Below are positions 22,771 to 33,965 of a DNA stretch of 64,000 bases, piece after piece; positions within the stretch are counted from its first letter, which is position 1, and every line of letters begins with the position of its first letter. Below the pieces are notes generated by a model that had not been told where the DNA came from, ran no database searches, and was given only the letters and a program-made list of their open reading frames with translations. Origin of the DNA: Octopus sinensis. Its lineage: Eukaryota. The translations under genes and the position numbers were made by a program. Where the stretch lies: positions 24,676,001 to 24,740,000 of the forward strand of contig NC_043013.1 of NCBI RefSeq assembly GCF_006345805.1, in the 5' to 3' direction.

Positions 22771-24060
22771 GTTTGTTGTTTATTTATTTGTATATATTGT
22801 AAACTTGGATATCAAAATGCATTTCATCCTTCTTATTATTGTCTGAGAAGTACTGTTTGTAGCTTTCTCATGCTTAATGTGATTCATACAGAATTGATGT
22901 GTTGCATGTATCACTTTTGATTAAATATCATTATACAGTGCCATAGAAGGAAGACAAGCACAATTTGATCATGCAAAAACATACTTTTTGCTTGTTCATT
23001 TTCATGTCAAGATACATTTTGCCATTGAAAATTATATCTCATTTGAAAGTTCTGAATGTGAACTATTACCTTGTATAGTTTTGATCAAAATCAAACACTT
23101 ACATAACATTCTGACTCTGACTATAAATATGGTGAAAATGTGCAAAGTCAATAAAGAAGGTGGTATGCTGATAGTTCTTGTCAAACTGATGTATTCCTGC
23201 ACTGTGAGAGACCAAACTGAACAAATCCAAGGTTTCAAATATTGAGTTTGAACAAGAATTTCAAGAAACAGACAAGCTAATTACTAAATAAACATATATT
23301 CCTGCAAAAATATACACTAAATTGAGCTACATAAGTCTTCTAGAGTGCAAAATTAACATGGAATCATTGAGAATGTTGTTTATTCTCTCTCGCTGTCCAC
23401 ATTTTACCTGGCAGATATTCTTATAAATGTAAATTTTGTTTCTCTTTAGGAAATATTGGTCAAGTTTTGTCAATAACAACTATGTTGTGTTATGAATATT
23501 ATTTTGTAGACTATTAAAGTCTGGTATGATTTTTTTGGGTGTCTTTTTTTTGATTTTGCACACAGTTGGATTATGTATGGTAATGTTTACGTATTCGTTT
23601 TGAGTGTTTTTCCTTTTTCTCCTACTAACGAGTTTGCTGTACATTATGAATGTTTTTAACGACTTTTAATTTATGCTTTTCATGCTAAAGCGAGGATTAG
23701 TTTTCACAGTTTTCTTGTTTTTTAATCTAGATCTACATGCAATGGGAATTGAGAAAGGTACCAGGTAGTTGTGGGATGTGCTAGAAACAACTGCTAGATT
23801 ACCCTTGAATCGCACACCTTTTTGTTCGAAAATATTTTCAAGACATTTTTCCCTTTTTATCAAAAATCATCTGCGCATTTGTTATGATGATTCCTGTCGT
23901 TTTTAAGTGCATAGTGCAAAAAAAGTTAGCCAAAATTGGTCCAAAGGTTAGGTTTGGTGAGGTGATGGGGGTGAAAAAATTGTTAATCTTCAAAAATATT
24001 TACATTGTGTGGGTAGGGTAAGAAAAATATGTTTAATTTAAATTTGAATTGATTTTTCAG

Positions 24061-24211
24061 GTTATGACTTATGGTGGAGCTCGTTTCACTGATGAACTGT
24101 GCCAGATGAATCATTGGGGGCGTTGCTCATTACCCCTACGGGCTCTGGAACTTGGCTTAAAATATCGACAGATTGACACTGTCACCATATTCCTGCAGAC
24201 TAGACAGAATT
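24061..24211 (+). CDS. SPG11: Spatacsin exon 6 (VMTYGGARFTDELCQMNHWGRCSLPLRALELGLKYRQIDTVTIFLQTRQN)
   Basis: Diagnostic spatacsin motif (human LCHLNGWGRCSIPIHALEAGIENRQLDTV, recalled); canonical AG and GTGAGT sites. Not in the supplied ORF track because it is short. Confidence 0.95.
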
Positions 24212-24639
24212 GTGAGTATTGATATTCCTAGGTCAGTCCTATCCAATTATGTAGGTGTTCAAGATAGGGAAATGTATGCTTGAAATTTTTATTTTAATTT
24301 AACTGAATGGTTTTTTTTTGGGGGGGGGGGGTTAGAACATGGTGCTTTTCTATTTGAAATCCAAATGTGAAAGAAATGTTATATAGAAATAAACAACTTT
24401 GTTAACTACACAAATACACATTCAGAAGGAAAAGGGAGAGACAAAAATAGACAGACTGGCAAAAAGTCAGGAAGAATGAAAACCACTTAGTGTTTCCTAC
24501 CTAAAAGATTAAATTAACACAAAGATGCTATCTTTGACCTTTGAAACTGAAAATTAACATTGCATTGTGTCTTCTTAAGGAAGGCACATTATTCTGTTTG
24601 TCAACTGTAAAGTAGTTTATTTATGGGGTCAGTGGCATC

Positions 24640-25147
24640 AAGCCGAGTGAGACTATAGTCATGACCAATGCCAGTGTCTTGTAACTAGCCTGTTAAAAGC
24701 ACCCTTCACTCATTCGGCAATATACTGTGCTTGTGAAGACCTGTCAAAGTGAAATCATAGCCGTGGCCAATGCCAGTGCCATCTGACTGGCATTCATGCT
24801 AGTGGCATGTAAAAGGCACGGTTCAAGTGTTGGGCCTCTTGTAGGCTGTGAGAAGTGACCAAGACTTTTGACAATATACCGTGCTTCCAAGCCAAGTGAG
24901 AACGTAGTTGTGGCCAATGCTGGTGTCAGGTCAATGGCACCCTTGCCGGTGGCACGTAAAAAACACTCACAATACTCTCAGAGTGGTTGGCATTAGGAAG
25001 GGCATCCAGCCATAGAATCTTTACCAAATCAGATTGGAACCTGGTGCAACAACCCCACCCCCACCCTGGCTTACCAGTCTTCAGTCAAACCATCCAACCC
25101 ATGCCAATATGGAAAGTGGACATTAAATGATGGTAATGATGATGATG
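24640..25147 (+). mobile_element. RTE 3' UTR repeat copy upstream of exon 7
   Basis: Modules, then gagtggttggcattaggaagggcatcc...tail. Confidence 0.75.
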
Positions 25148-25326
25148 AGAATACATTAGAAAAGTAAAACACTTGCCCCAGCAGTTCCCAATACACACAT
25201 TTCCAGAAGTGCCTACACCACACAATTCATACAATAACCAAAATTTAACATACATTCTGCTAGTATTTAGATTTTGTTACTAATTAAAAGGTCTTTTTTA
25301 ATGAGTGTATAATGTATATTTTTCAG

Positions 25327-25763
25327 TATTCTCACATGAGAAAAAACCTGATGGAAATGAACAGAAAAATGGTAATGTAAATAGCTGCTTGCCCAAACTA
25401 CAGGCATTAGAACCAGCTTACCAACTGTTATTGCAAAGTATTGAAGATAACATGGCTGAACAACAGTCTTTGTTCTTTGCACAACAACTACTTGGTATAA
25501 TGTTAAATCATTTATATTCTGTGCTAAATGATATCCTTGCATTCAAGAATTCTTTACTAGACAATATTGCACTTGAAGTCTTGCAAGAAACAGAGTCAAT
25601 GACCCAAACAGTTCTACAGTATATTGCTAAAGTACGCACATATATGAATGCTTTTGGTTTGAAGAAACGGAATTCTCTGACAGATGATACTAAAACAGGA
25701 ATCTGCAATTCAATAGAGAGCAGCACAGCTGAGTACAATGAATGGTCAGAAATGGATGTGACG
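25327..25763 (+). CDS. SPG11: Spatacsin exon 7 (FSHEKKPDG...EWSEMDVT)
   Basis: Within ORF 25305-25790; acceptor tttcAG|, donor ACG|GTAAGA; phases 1 to 0. Confidence 0.9.
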
Positions 25764-25842
25764 GTAAGACCTTTTACTTCAGAAATCTGATTATGAAATA
25801 TAGTTTATTCAAGAGAAACCATCCTTCTCCTCCTCATTCATC

Positions 25843-26215
25843 ATCATCATCATCATCATCATCGTTTTGAGTCCGCTTTCCATGCTAGCATGGGTTGGAC
25901 GGTTCAACTGGGGTCTGGGAAGCCAGAAGGCTGCACCAAGCCCAGTTTGATCTGGCAATGTTTCTACGGCTGGATGCCCTTCCTAATGCCAACCACTCCA
26001 TGAGTGTAGTGGGTGCTTTTTACATGCCACCTGCACAGGTGCCAGACGAGTCTGGCAAACGGCCACGATCGGATGGTGCTTTTTATGTGCCAGGCGAGGC
26101 TGGCAACGGACACGAACGGATGGTGCTTTTTACGTGCCACTGGCACGGGGGCCAGGCGAGGCTGGCAACGGACACGAACGGATGGTGCTTTTTACATCCA
26201 CTTTCTATGCTGGCT
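25843..26215 (-). mobile_element. RTE 3' UTR repeat copy downstream of exon 7
   Basis: (CAT)n, then ctttccatgctagcatgggttggacgg..., then modules. Confidence 0.8.
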
Positions 26216-27497
26216 TCAGTTGGGTTGGTTGTTATGATCCAATAAGATTTTATCAGGAGTTACTTGTCTCAACCTTGTTTTATGCATATTGCATTTTGGC
26301 TTGTGTTCTGCTACTGCATGCTTTTCCCATCACTAACGATTTTACAGAGTGTCCTGGGAGCATTTTATCATGATAGCTCAAGTGAGATTTTTATGTTCTT
26401 ATCAAGACCAAAAGTCCTCTCCATGCTATCAGTTTTTACTGGTTTGTTAAAAGTTAGCAGATTGTACTGGGTACATTTTATCATGGCACTAGGACCAGAA
26501 TGGTTCATCTATCATCTCTTATGAATGTCCACATCTCAGAGGAGTGAAGACTTTTTACTCTTGCAGCATGTATGGCAACAACGTTTTGTTAATGCCATGA
26601 TGGAGAATAAAAGAATGATGGTAGAGATAGCACGACTGGGATGAGGAGGAGAGAGAAAAAAGTAGACAATGGTAGGATTAAGTGATCTATAACAATAACA
26701 AGTGAGCTGGAAGAAAATGAATGACTTATTGTCAGTAGAGAAAGGATGATTGTAGGATATGCTTAGTTCAAATAGATCTGATGCAATCCCTTATGAATAG
26801 GTACCAAACCATCCATCATTACATGGCCAGTATGCAGTACACAGGAGATGTATGATATGGAGATGAGAGAGATAACAGATGTGGACTTAACAGCAGATAT
26901 ATTATGCCATATATATTACACCTCTTAACCGCCATCACTACCACCATTTTTAATGTTCAAGTTTACGTTTGCACAGTTGTTGAGTCTTCTGCAGTTCTGT
27001 ATATTAACAATCAACACATTCATTTATCATCTCCTTTGTGTAGTGCAACATTTTGAGATCCGTCTGCATCACTTCATTTCAATACATCAATTCTGAAATA
27101 CTCAAAATATCTATTTTCAATTTTCTTCATTATTGTATTTCATTTATGTAGGCCCTCACAGACACTGACTTATGTTCAGAAGATTGCAGTTATTTGTAGA
27201 AAGATGGAGAAAAGTATTTATTATAGAATTTGGGAAATAAAACACTGCAGGATGATGAAAGAGAACAGCTGGTACATCAAATAAGTTTGTGCAGGGGTAG
27301 TGCATAGCTTGTTCATTGAGAAAATCAGACAATGTTGTAGCAATAGGAAAATCAAAACAGATCCCTCCCTTTACTTTCAAACTGTTCATTTTTGGGCTAG
27401 TTACTGTCATCACTAAACTCTTCAATCTTAAATGCTCAATACTTTCAAGTTGTATATTCCATCAACATGTTAAATTTTTCTCTTATTTTTATTTCAG

Positions 27498-27677
27498 GAT
27501 GCCATTGAAGATAGCATTAGAAAAAATACTGTCCCTATTGTCCAATACTACCTTCTCCAACAGAACTCTCCAGAATTAGCCAGCCTTTCTGAAGTTACTC
27601 GTTTAGGTTTACTTCAAGGAATTAAATATTTGATGAATGCTAAGTTTGATGAAGCATCACTACTCATATCAAATCTT
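27498..27677 (+). CDS. SPG11: Spatacsin exon 8 (DAIEDSIRKNTVPIVQYYLL...ASLLISNL)
   Basis: 180-nt open frame between atttcAG| and |GTAAGG; phase 0 to 0. Confidence 0.9.
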
Positions 27678-27798
27678 GTAAGGTTAAAAGTTTAAAATTT
27701 TAATTTTTACTGTTTTAAGTTAAAATTTGCTTAGATATTTTTCATAAACATCTATTTGTTTTTAAAATTATTTACTGGAAATATTATTGCTTTTCCAG

Positions 27799-27992
27799 GG
27801 TTATAAACCTGTAGAAAAATATTGGGAATTTGCCCTTTACACAAATGATTGCTTGTTAAGAGACTGTATTCTTAATTATTTCACGGAAACAACTGAAGAA
27901 CAGCAGAAATTAATTACTTTCTTCCATTTATTACAACAAACTTATCCTTGTATCTCATATGAAAAGGCTAAAGAAAATATTTTACCATTAAA
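27799..27992 (+). CDS. SPG11: Spatacsin exon 9 (GYKPVEKYWEFALYTNDCLLRD...ENILPL-N)
   Basis: Acceptor ttttccAG|, donor AA|GTAAGT; follows a 121-nt intron. Confidence 0.9.
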
Positions 27993-28309
27993 GTAAGTTT
28001 TGTTTATTATTTGAAATAGTTTTTATAAATGAAATTTTTAAAGTATCAAATTTTAATGAACAGTATTTTCCAAATGGTTTTTGTCAATATATTTGTGCAT
28101 GAGCCTGCCTCTCTGTGTATGTATATATGGCTTATATTTTTGCACCTTGCTAGACATTTGGACTCAGCATTAGCCTAGACAAGCAGCATTACTGCCTTCA
28201 TTTATGTATTTGCATACATACTTTATGCTCTTGATGGAGTTACAATACTCTGCATTCATATGAGCATTCAAAGTCTTTGACAGAAATGGGGCAGTAAGCA
28301 ACTATTCAT

Positions 28310-28600
28310 TGATTGTCTACTTCATGATTTCTAGGTTTGGCTCGCTGTCTTCCATTTTTTGGTTTCCTTCTTCTGTACGTTGGATATCCATTATTGCCAA
28401 ATTGAGTGTGAGAAATAAAATTCTTTGGATTTTTCTTTTTGTGCATTTCCCTTCCTTCATGCATAATGACTGAGGGTGTTTAGCACCACAAGAGCCATGA
28501 ACCATATACCACGATGTGATAGAGTGTCCAATCAGTAGCAGGATCAGGAATTTCTGTTGATCAATTTGATTCGAGTTTATTTTTGTGCATAGCCAAAGTA
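28310..28600 (-). mobile_element. Helitron Rep-helicase linker fragment
   Basis: MVHGSCGAKHPQSLCMKEGKCTK resembles the Helitron MxHGPCG...PCM..GKC motif. Confidence 0.7.
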
Positions 28601-29099
28601 AAATATGGGCATGAGGTAATCTGCCATTCCACTGTATACATGAAACAGCAAACTTCCCTAAAGATATATGACTTTGAAAAGAGGTGTATCATCTTATTTA
28701 ATTGTAAGTGAAAAACCCATGCTATGAGACCATGTCTATGGTGTGCCTGTTGATCAAGAAAGAGTTCCTTTTTATTTCAGGCCATTTTGGGTTACATGTA
28801 AAAGTTATAAATAAATCTGGCATTTGACAGGCAGTATGCCAAAGGAGAATTGAAAGTTTCAGTTTGAATGTGAATAAAGCTAGAAGAATAGCTATATCAT
28901 ATAAAAGAGTAGCTTTACGGAATCCAGGTGACTATGCGATGCACTGAGAAGGCCACAGATGAAATGGAAGACCCATTTGTCACAGTTTCTTTTGACATTT
29001 GAATAGGCCCAAGGAGAATTGAAAGATTCAGCTTCGAATCTTAACCAGAGTGAGACTACAACTACAGATTTAGGTTTACTCATCCTGTATGTGTGAATT

Positions 29100-29550
29100 A
29101 TATAAGGGAAAAACTTGTAATAATTGAAGTAGAAAAAACATGGATTTCATATACGAACTTCTGTTTGTTCTTCAAGTTGTGCAGTCCAGCAACTTTTAGT
29201 GTTTGGCCCTGAGTTTTGTTAATGCTCATGGCAAAAGAAAGTGGGATAGGAAACTGTAAGGGCTTAAATTGGAATGGGACATTAGGTGGTATAACTGGTA
29301 TGCGAGGAATGAAGATGTTGTCACGTTTACCACAACCAGTGAGAATATTTGCCTCAATGCACTTCCTCATAGGTTTGTGCACAATTAGTGTTGTACCACT
29401 GCATAATTTTTGTTGAGACAAATTTGGCAACAGCATAATATGGAATACAGAAAAAACATAATAGCTTCCAGAATAGCCTCCCTTGAACAATTTAATTTCA
29501 CTTTTTTGGACAAACACAAACTGACAGAATCTCTCTTTTATATATATAGA
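29100..29550 (-). mobile_element. Non-autonomous Helitron fragment with PIF1-like helicase C-terminus
   Basis: IPRIPVIP..VPFQFKPLQFPIPLSFAMSINKTQGQTL; begins TCTATATATATAAAAG on the minus strand, typical of Helitron 5' ends. Confidence 0.8.
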
Positions 29551-29822
29551 AGATTCGCCTGGTCCTCGTGCCGGTGGCACATAAAAAGCACCATCCGTTC
29601 GTGGCCATTTGCCAGCTCTGTCTGGCACCTGTGCGGGTGGCACGTAAAAAGCACCCACTACACTCATGGAGAGGTTGGCGTTAGGAAGGGCATCCAGCCG
29701 TAGAAACACTGCCAGATTTGACTGGGCCTGATGAAGCCTTCTGGCTTCACAGACCCCAGTAGAACCGTCCAACCCATGCTAGCATGGAAAACGGACGCTA
29801 AACGATGATGATGATGATGATG
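29551..29822 (+). mobile_element. RTE 3' UTR repeat copy upstream of exon 10
   Basis: Well-conserved copy with (GAT)n tail. Confidence 0.8.
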
Positions 29823-29855
<33 letters not shown>

Positions 29856-29908
29856 GAGAAAGATTTTCTTAAAAATTAATATCATGACTCATTTCAATTT
29901 CCTTACAG

Positions 29909-30126
29909 TGGCTGGAAAGTTGTGGACCCGATTGCTGCTTGCATGAGTATTGCACCATCATGTGTTAATATGAAAGCATCCTGTGGAGAAGTGAGCATTA
30001 ACAAACCTGAGGAATCTTTGTCTACTATAACCTCTCCATACAGTGATGTACAACTTGATTGGCTTTTGTCTTGGTCATATGATACCAGACATTTGGTTAT
30101 TCTTGATGGCAATATGACCAGTCAAG
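29909..30126 (+). CDS. SPG11: Spatacsin exon 10 (GWKVVDPIAAC...VQLDWLLSWSYDTRHLVILDGNMTSQ)
   Basis: Acceptor ccttacAG|, donor G|GTATCA; LDWxxxW motif resembles human LDWALWWDQ; phases 2 to 1. Confidence 0.85.
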
Positions 30127-30420
30127 GTATCAACATTCTTACTCTTTTATTAATCAAAATATCATCAGTGTTTAATGACTCTTGTCCATGTGAGCATGAT
30201 TTATCCAAATCTACCACATATCTTTGTGTGTATCATCTCATTCCTCTGATAATTTTTCTATATTAAATATTTTGAAATTTAATCTGCCATCTGAAGAACT
30301 CTTTAATCTAAGTTTATTTTGTTTGCTCTCTACTTTCATTTCATAAAACCTATCCATGTTTATGGTTTAGCATGGAAAGCGGACGTTAAATGATGATGAT
30401 GATAGATGTTTTCGATCTAG

Positions 30421-30512
30421 TTTGGATTCTTTGCAATCAAATTTGAATTCTTTGCAATCAAATTTGGATTCTTTGCCATCAAATTTGAATTCTTTGCAAT
30501 CAAATTTGAATT
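30421..30512 (+). repeat. 21-bp minisatellite TTTG(G/A)ATTCTTTGCAATCAAA, ~4.5 copies
   Basis: Directly visible; G and A variants alternate. Confidence 0.9.
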
Positions 30513-31685
30513 TTTCAATTGGTGCTCAAGCCTTGAAAAAAAAGGGAGTTAAACTACATCAGCCGTAAGGGAATACATGTCTATCTTATCTAACTCGTTC
30601 AGTAGGGCCCGCCAATTGATATCTGAAAAGTTCGATGAAATAACTCATGAACACTGCGATAGCTTCTACCAAAAGATGCTCCATTACGTCGACCGGTCTG
30701 AATGAGGAGAGATAATAAACGAATGATTCTTTTTCTATTATCTCCGCTTGTTCAGACCTGTCACCGTTCATATTCAGTCTCACCTACTACCGTCCTTATC
30801 ACTCAAACTCTCTACTATCAAAATGCCTATTTATGAGGGCTTGCATCCAATCTATTCACAACTAATAGACTATACCACCACTCTTTCTTGTTCCCTCTTC
30901 TCCAGGCCACTCATTTTTTGTCATTCATCACTTTATCCACTGTTATTATAATCCATTATGCAAGCAAATATCTATCTGCCATCACTGTCTCTATCTTCAC
31001 CGTCTCCCTCTTACTCTGCTTCTTTTTTTATATTTTGACTACTTTCATCCATTCATCCAAGTTCTTCTTTTCACATTACTCTCTCTCTCTCCTATTTATG
31101 CACTTAATAATGTTGCCTTACACAAATACAGGATAGTTAGGGTTCCCATGGTGTACAAGGCAACCACACTTATACTGGTGCCACAATAAAATGCACCCAG
31201 TACACTCTAATAAAGTGGATGGCAAATGAATGGAAGCAATCTTGAACTGAGAGGACCCTTTAGTCTGGTTGAAGGCACGACAATCTCTCTACTATTAAAG
31301 ATTTGTAGGTAGTGGTATTTTGTTATGCAACCATAACATACTATAAAGTACATTAAATGTTTTTGATGTTGATGATGATGATGAATACCACATTCTACTG
31401 TGTTAACAGTGCTTTCTACATTATTTAGTTAAGCTTATTTCTACAGATATTCTATAGAACTTATTGCCAGTACTGATTTTTGCTGCAACATTTCGTATTG
31501 AGACATCCGATGTAAACAAACAAAGAGATAGAAGACAAAAATGGGTAATGAGGGTATATGCCATATTTTGGTGGGGGCTTCTTGCCCCTCCATCAACACC
31601 CATCTAACCCATTCATCGCCTCCGAAACACATTGCTTTCATAGCCACTGCATACAGCAGTGTTAAATTATTGGATATACCAATTT

Positions 31686-32225
31686 ACATCATCATCATCA
31701 TCATCATTTAACGCCCGTTTTCCATGCTAGCATGGGTTGGACGGTTTTGACTGAGGGCTGGCAACCAGATGGCTGCACCAGGCTCCAGTCTTGATCTGGC
31801 AAAGTTTCTACAGCTGGATGCCCTTCCTAACGCCAACCACTCCGAGAGTGTAGTGGGTGCATTTTGCCTGCCACCTGCATTGGGGGCCAGTCAGGCGGTA
31901 CTGGCATTGACCTCGCTCGAATCTTTTTACACATGCCACCGACACAGGTGCCAGTGAAGCGACATTGGTAACGATCACGCTCGAATGGTGCCCTTTTATG
32001 TGCAACGGGTACGGAAGCCAGTTGGCTGCTCTGGCAATGATCATGCTCAGATGGTGCTCTTGGCACCCTACTAGCACAGGTATAAGTGCCAGTAAGGCGA
32101 TGCTGGTGACGATCATACTTGAATAGCTGCTTTGTCAACGATCACACTTGTATGGTGCTCTTTGCACCCTGCTAGCACGGATGCCAGTCATCGAAGTGAT
32201 TTTGATTTTGATTTGATTTCGCTTG
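31686..32225 (-). mobile_element. RTE 3' UTR repeat copy downstream of exon 10
   Basis: (CAT)n tail, conserved body, several modules. Confidence 0.8.
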
Positions 32226-32949
32226 CATATTAAACGCATTCCTGGAGCTGGTATGTAAATATTAAAGATTTGTAGGTACATGGTATTTTGTTACGCAACC
32301 ATAATAATATACTAATATGGCAGATACACTCATTACCCATTTTTCATCTTTGATCTCATTGTTCGTTTACATTTGACGTCTCGATATGAAACGTAGCAAA
32401 AATCAGTGCTGGCTATAGAATATCTGTAGAAATGGCCTCAACAAAATCTCTCTACTGTTGGTAGCAAAATAAAATGATTAAGTGCAGGTTGTTAAATGGA
32501 TGTGGCTAGGAAAACAATCCAACTATAGAAACCTTGCCAAAATAAGAGAGTACAAGTGATCTCTTTAGGAAATCATGTCAGTATGGGAAACAGATGTAAA
32601 GATGTTGATAGTAGCAATGACTATGACAATCACATAATTAATATGATATTCAGCCATTACTATTTTGCTTAGGCTGCTGCAAATACTATACAAAGAGTAA
32701 AAGTTGACCTGTTTTAAGTGAGTAGTAGCAAAAATGATGTAGATGGCAAGTGATTAAGGTATAACCTGAAAAAGTTGATGACAAAAGGAAACCTGAATGA
32801 CCAACAATATCGTGGGTCTATATAGTTAAAGGAGATTGCATGATGGTGAATATTCAGTATGTAGCTGGAAGAATTGACGGCCAACCATGATGACTAGATG
32901 GTTGTGTCTTTCATGTATTTGGTGCTTAGATACAGGAATAGAAGAAAGC

Positions 32950-33657
32950 ATTTCAGCCTAAAATTGCCAAGAAGGCTGAGAGTGTCTTGACATCACTCAC
33001 CAAGTCCATTGTGAGCCGCTCTCCGGCTATCTATTTGCGGCTTTATATAGCTATGGTGCAACCTCACCTGGAATTTGCATCACTGGTCTGGAACCCCTAT
33101 CTTGCCCAGGATATTAATCATCTGGAAGCCGTTCAGTGACGTGCAACCAAGAGAATACCCTCCATCTGGCATTTGTCATATTCTGAACGCCTTACTTCCC
33201 TGGGCATGGATACATTGAAACTCCGACGTCTGGCAGCTGACTTGGCAGACACCCATAAAATTATTAACCATCTTACAAACAATAACTCTGAGCACCTTTT
33301 CAAACTCCATCTCTCTAACACCTGTTGACATGTTTACAAAGTCAGAAAACAGCACAGCTTCCATGACTTTCAGAAACATTTTTTCATGCTAAGAGTTGCT
33401 GAAGTATGGAACAAACTGCCGGCACCAGTTGTTTGTTGTTGGAGCACTGCATCCTTCAAAACTTCCAGGCTTCCTAAGATTCACCAACACTACACCTGAT
33501 TTTCTCCTCTCCATACACACGCAAGCATGTATCTTACTCATACACTGTTCACTTTCCAGACATTTGTACATTACTGCATATGCTTTATACGCACTCTTGA
33601 CAAGTTGTGGTGCACCTGAGCACTGTATACAATAATTTCATTATTATTATTATTATA
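32950..33657 (+). mobile_element. CR1-like LINE 3' end with (ATT)n tail
   Basis: LYIAMVQPHLEFASLVWNPYL...LEAVQ*RATK; ATT tail ends ~90 bp before exon 11. Confidence 0.8.
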
Positions 33658-33745
33658 TAAATCAGAATGATTCTGTAAAGGTACCTTCTTAATTTCATAA
33701 ATATAAATATTATTTATAAGCGTACATTATTTCTTCAATTTCTAG

Positions 33746-33965
33746 CAGCTGCTCCTGTCCAGAATGTTCCTCCCAGTGTCATGTGGGAATACTTAGTCAG
33801 CCACAACCGGATTGATGCTGCATTAAATTGGTTATTTGAACATATCAGTTCGAAAAAGGAATTAGTAACACCACCTGATGATATTTCTTATCAACAAATT
33901 TTTCATATTGTAAAGACTCATGGAACAAACTATCTCCAGGAATTGGTTCAAACTTTACTAGCAGC
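33746..33965 (+). CDS. SPG11: Spatacsin exon 11 (AAPVQNVPPSVMWEYLVSHNR...QELVQTLLA-A); alternative start 33749
   Basis: TAG/CAG tandem acceptor; MWEYLVSHN resembles human LWRYLTARHD; donor GC|GTATGT; phases 1 to 2. Confidence 0.85.
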
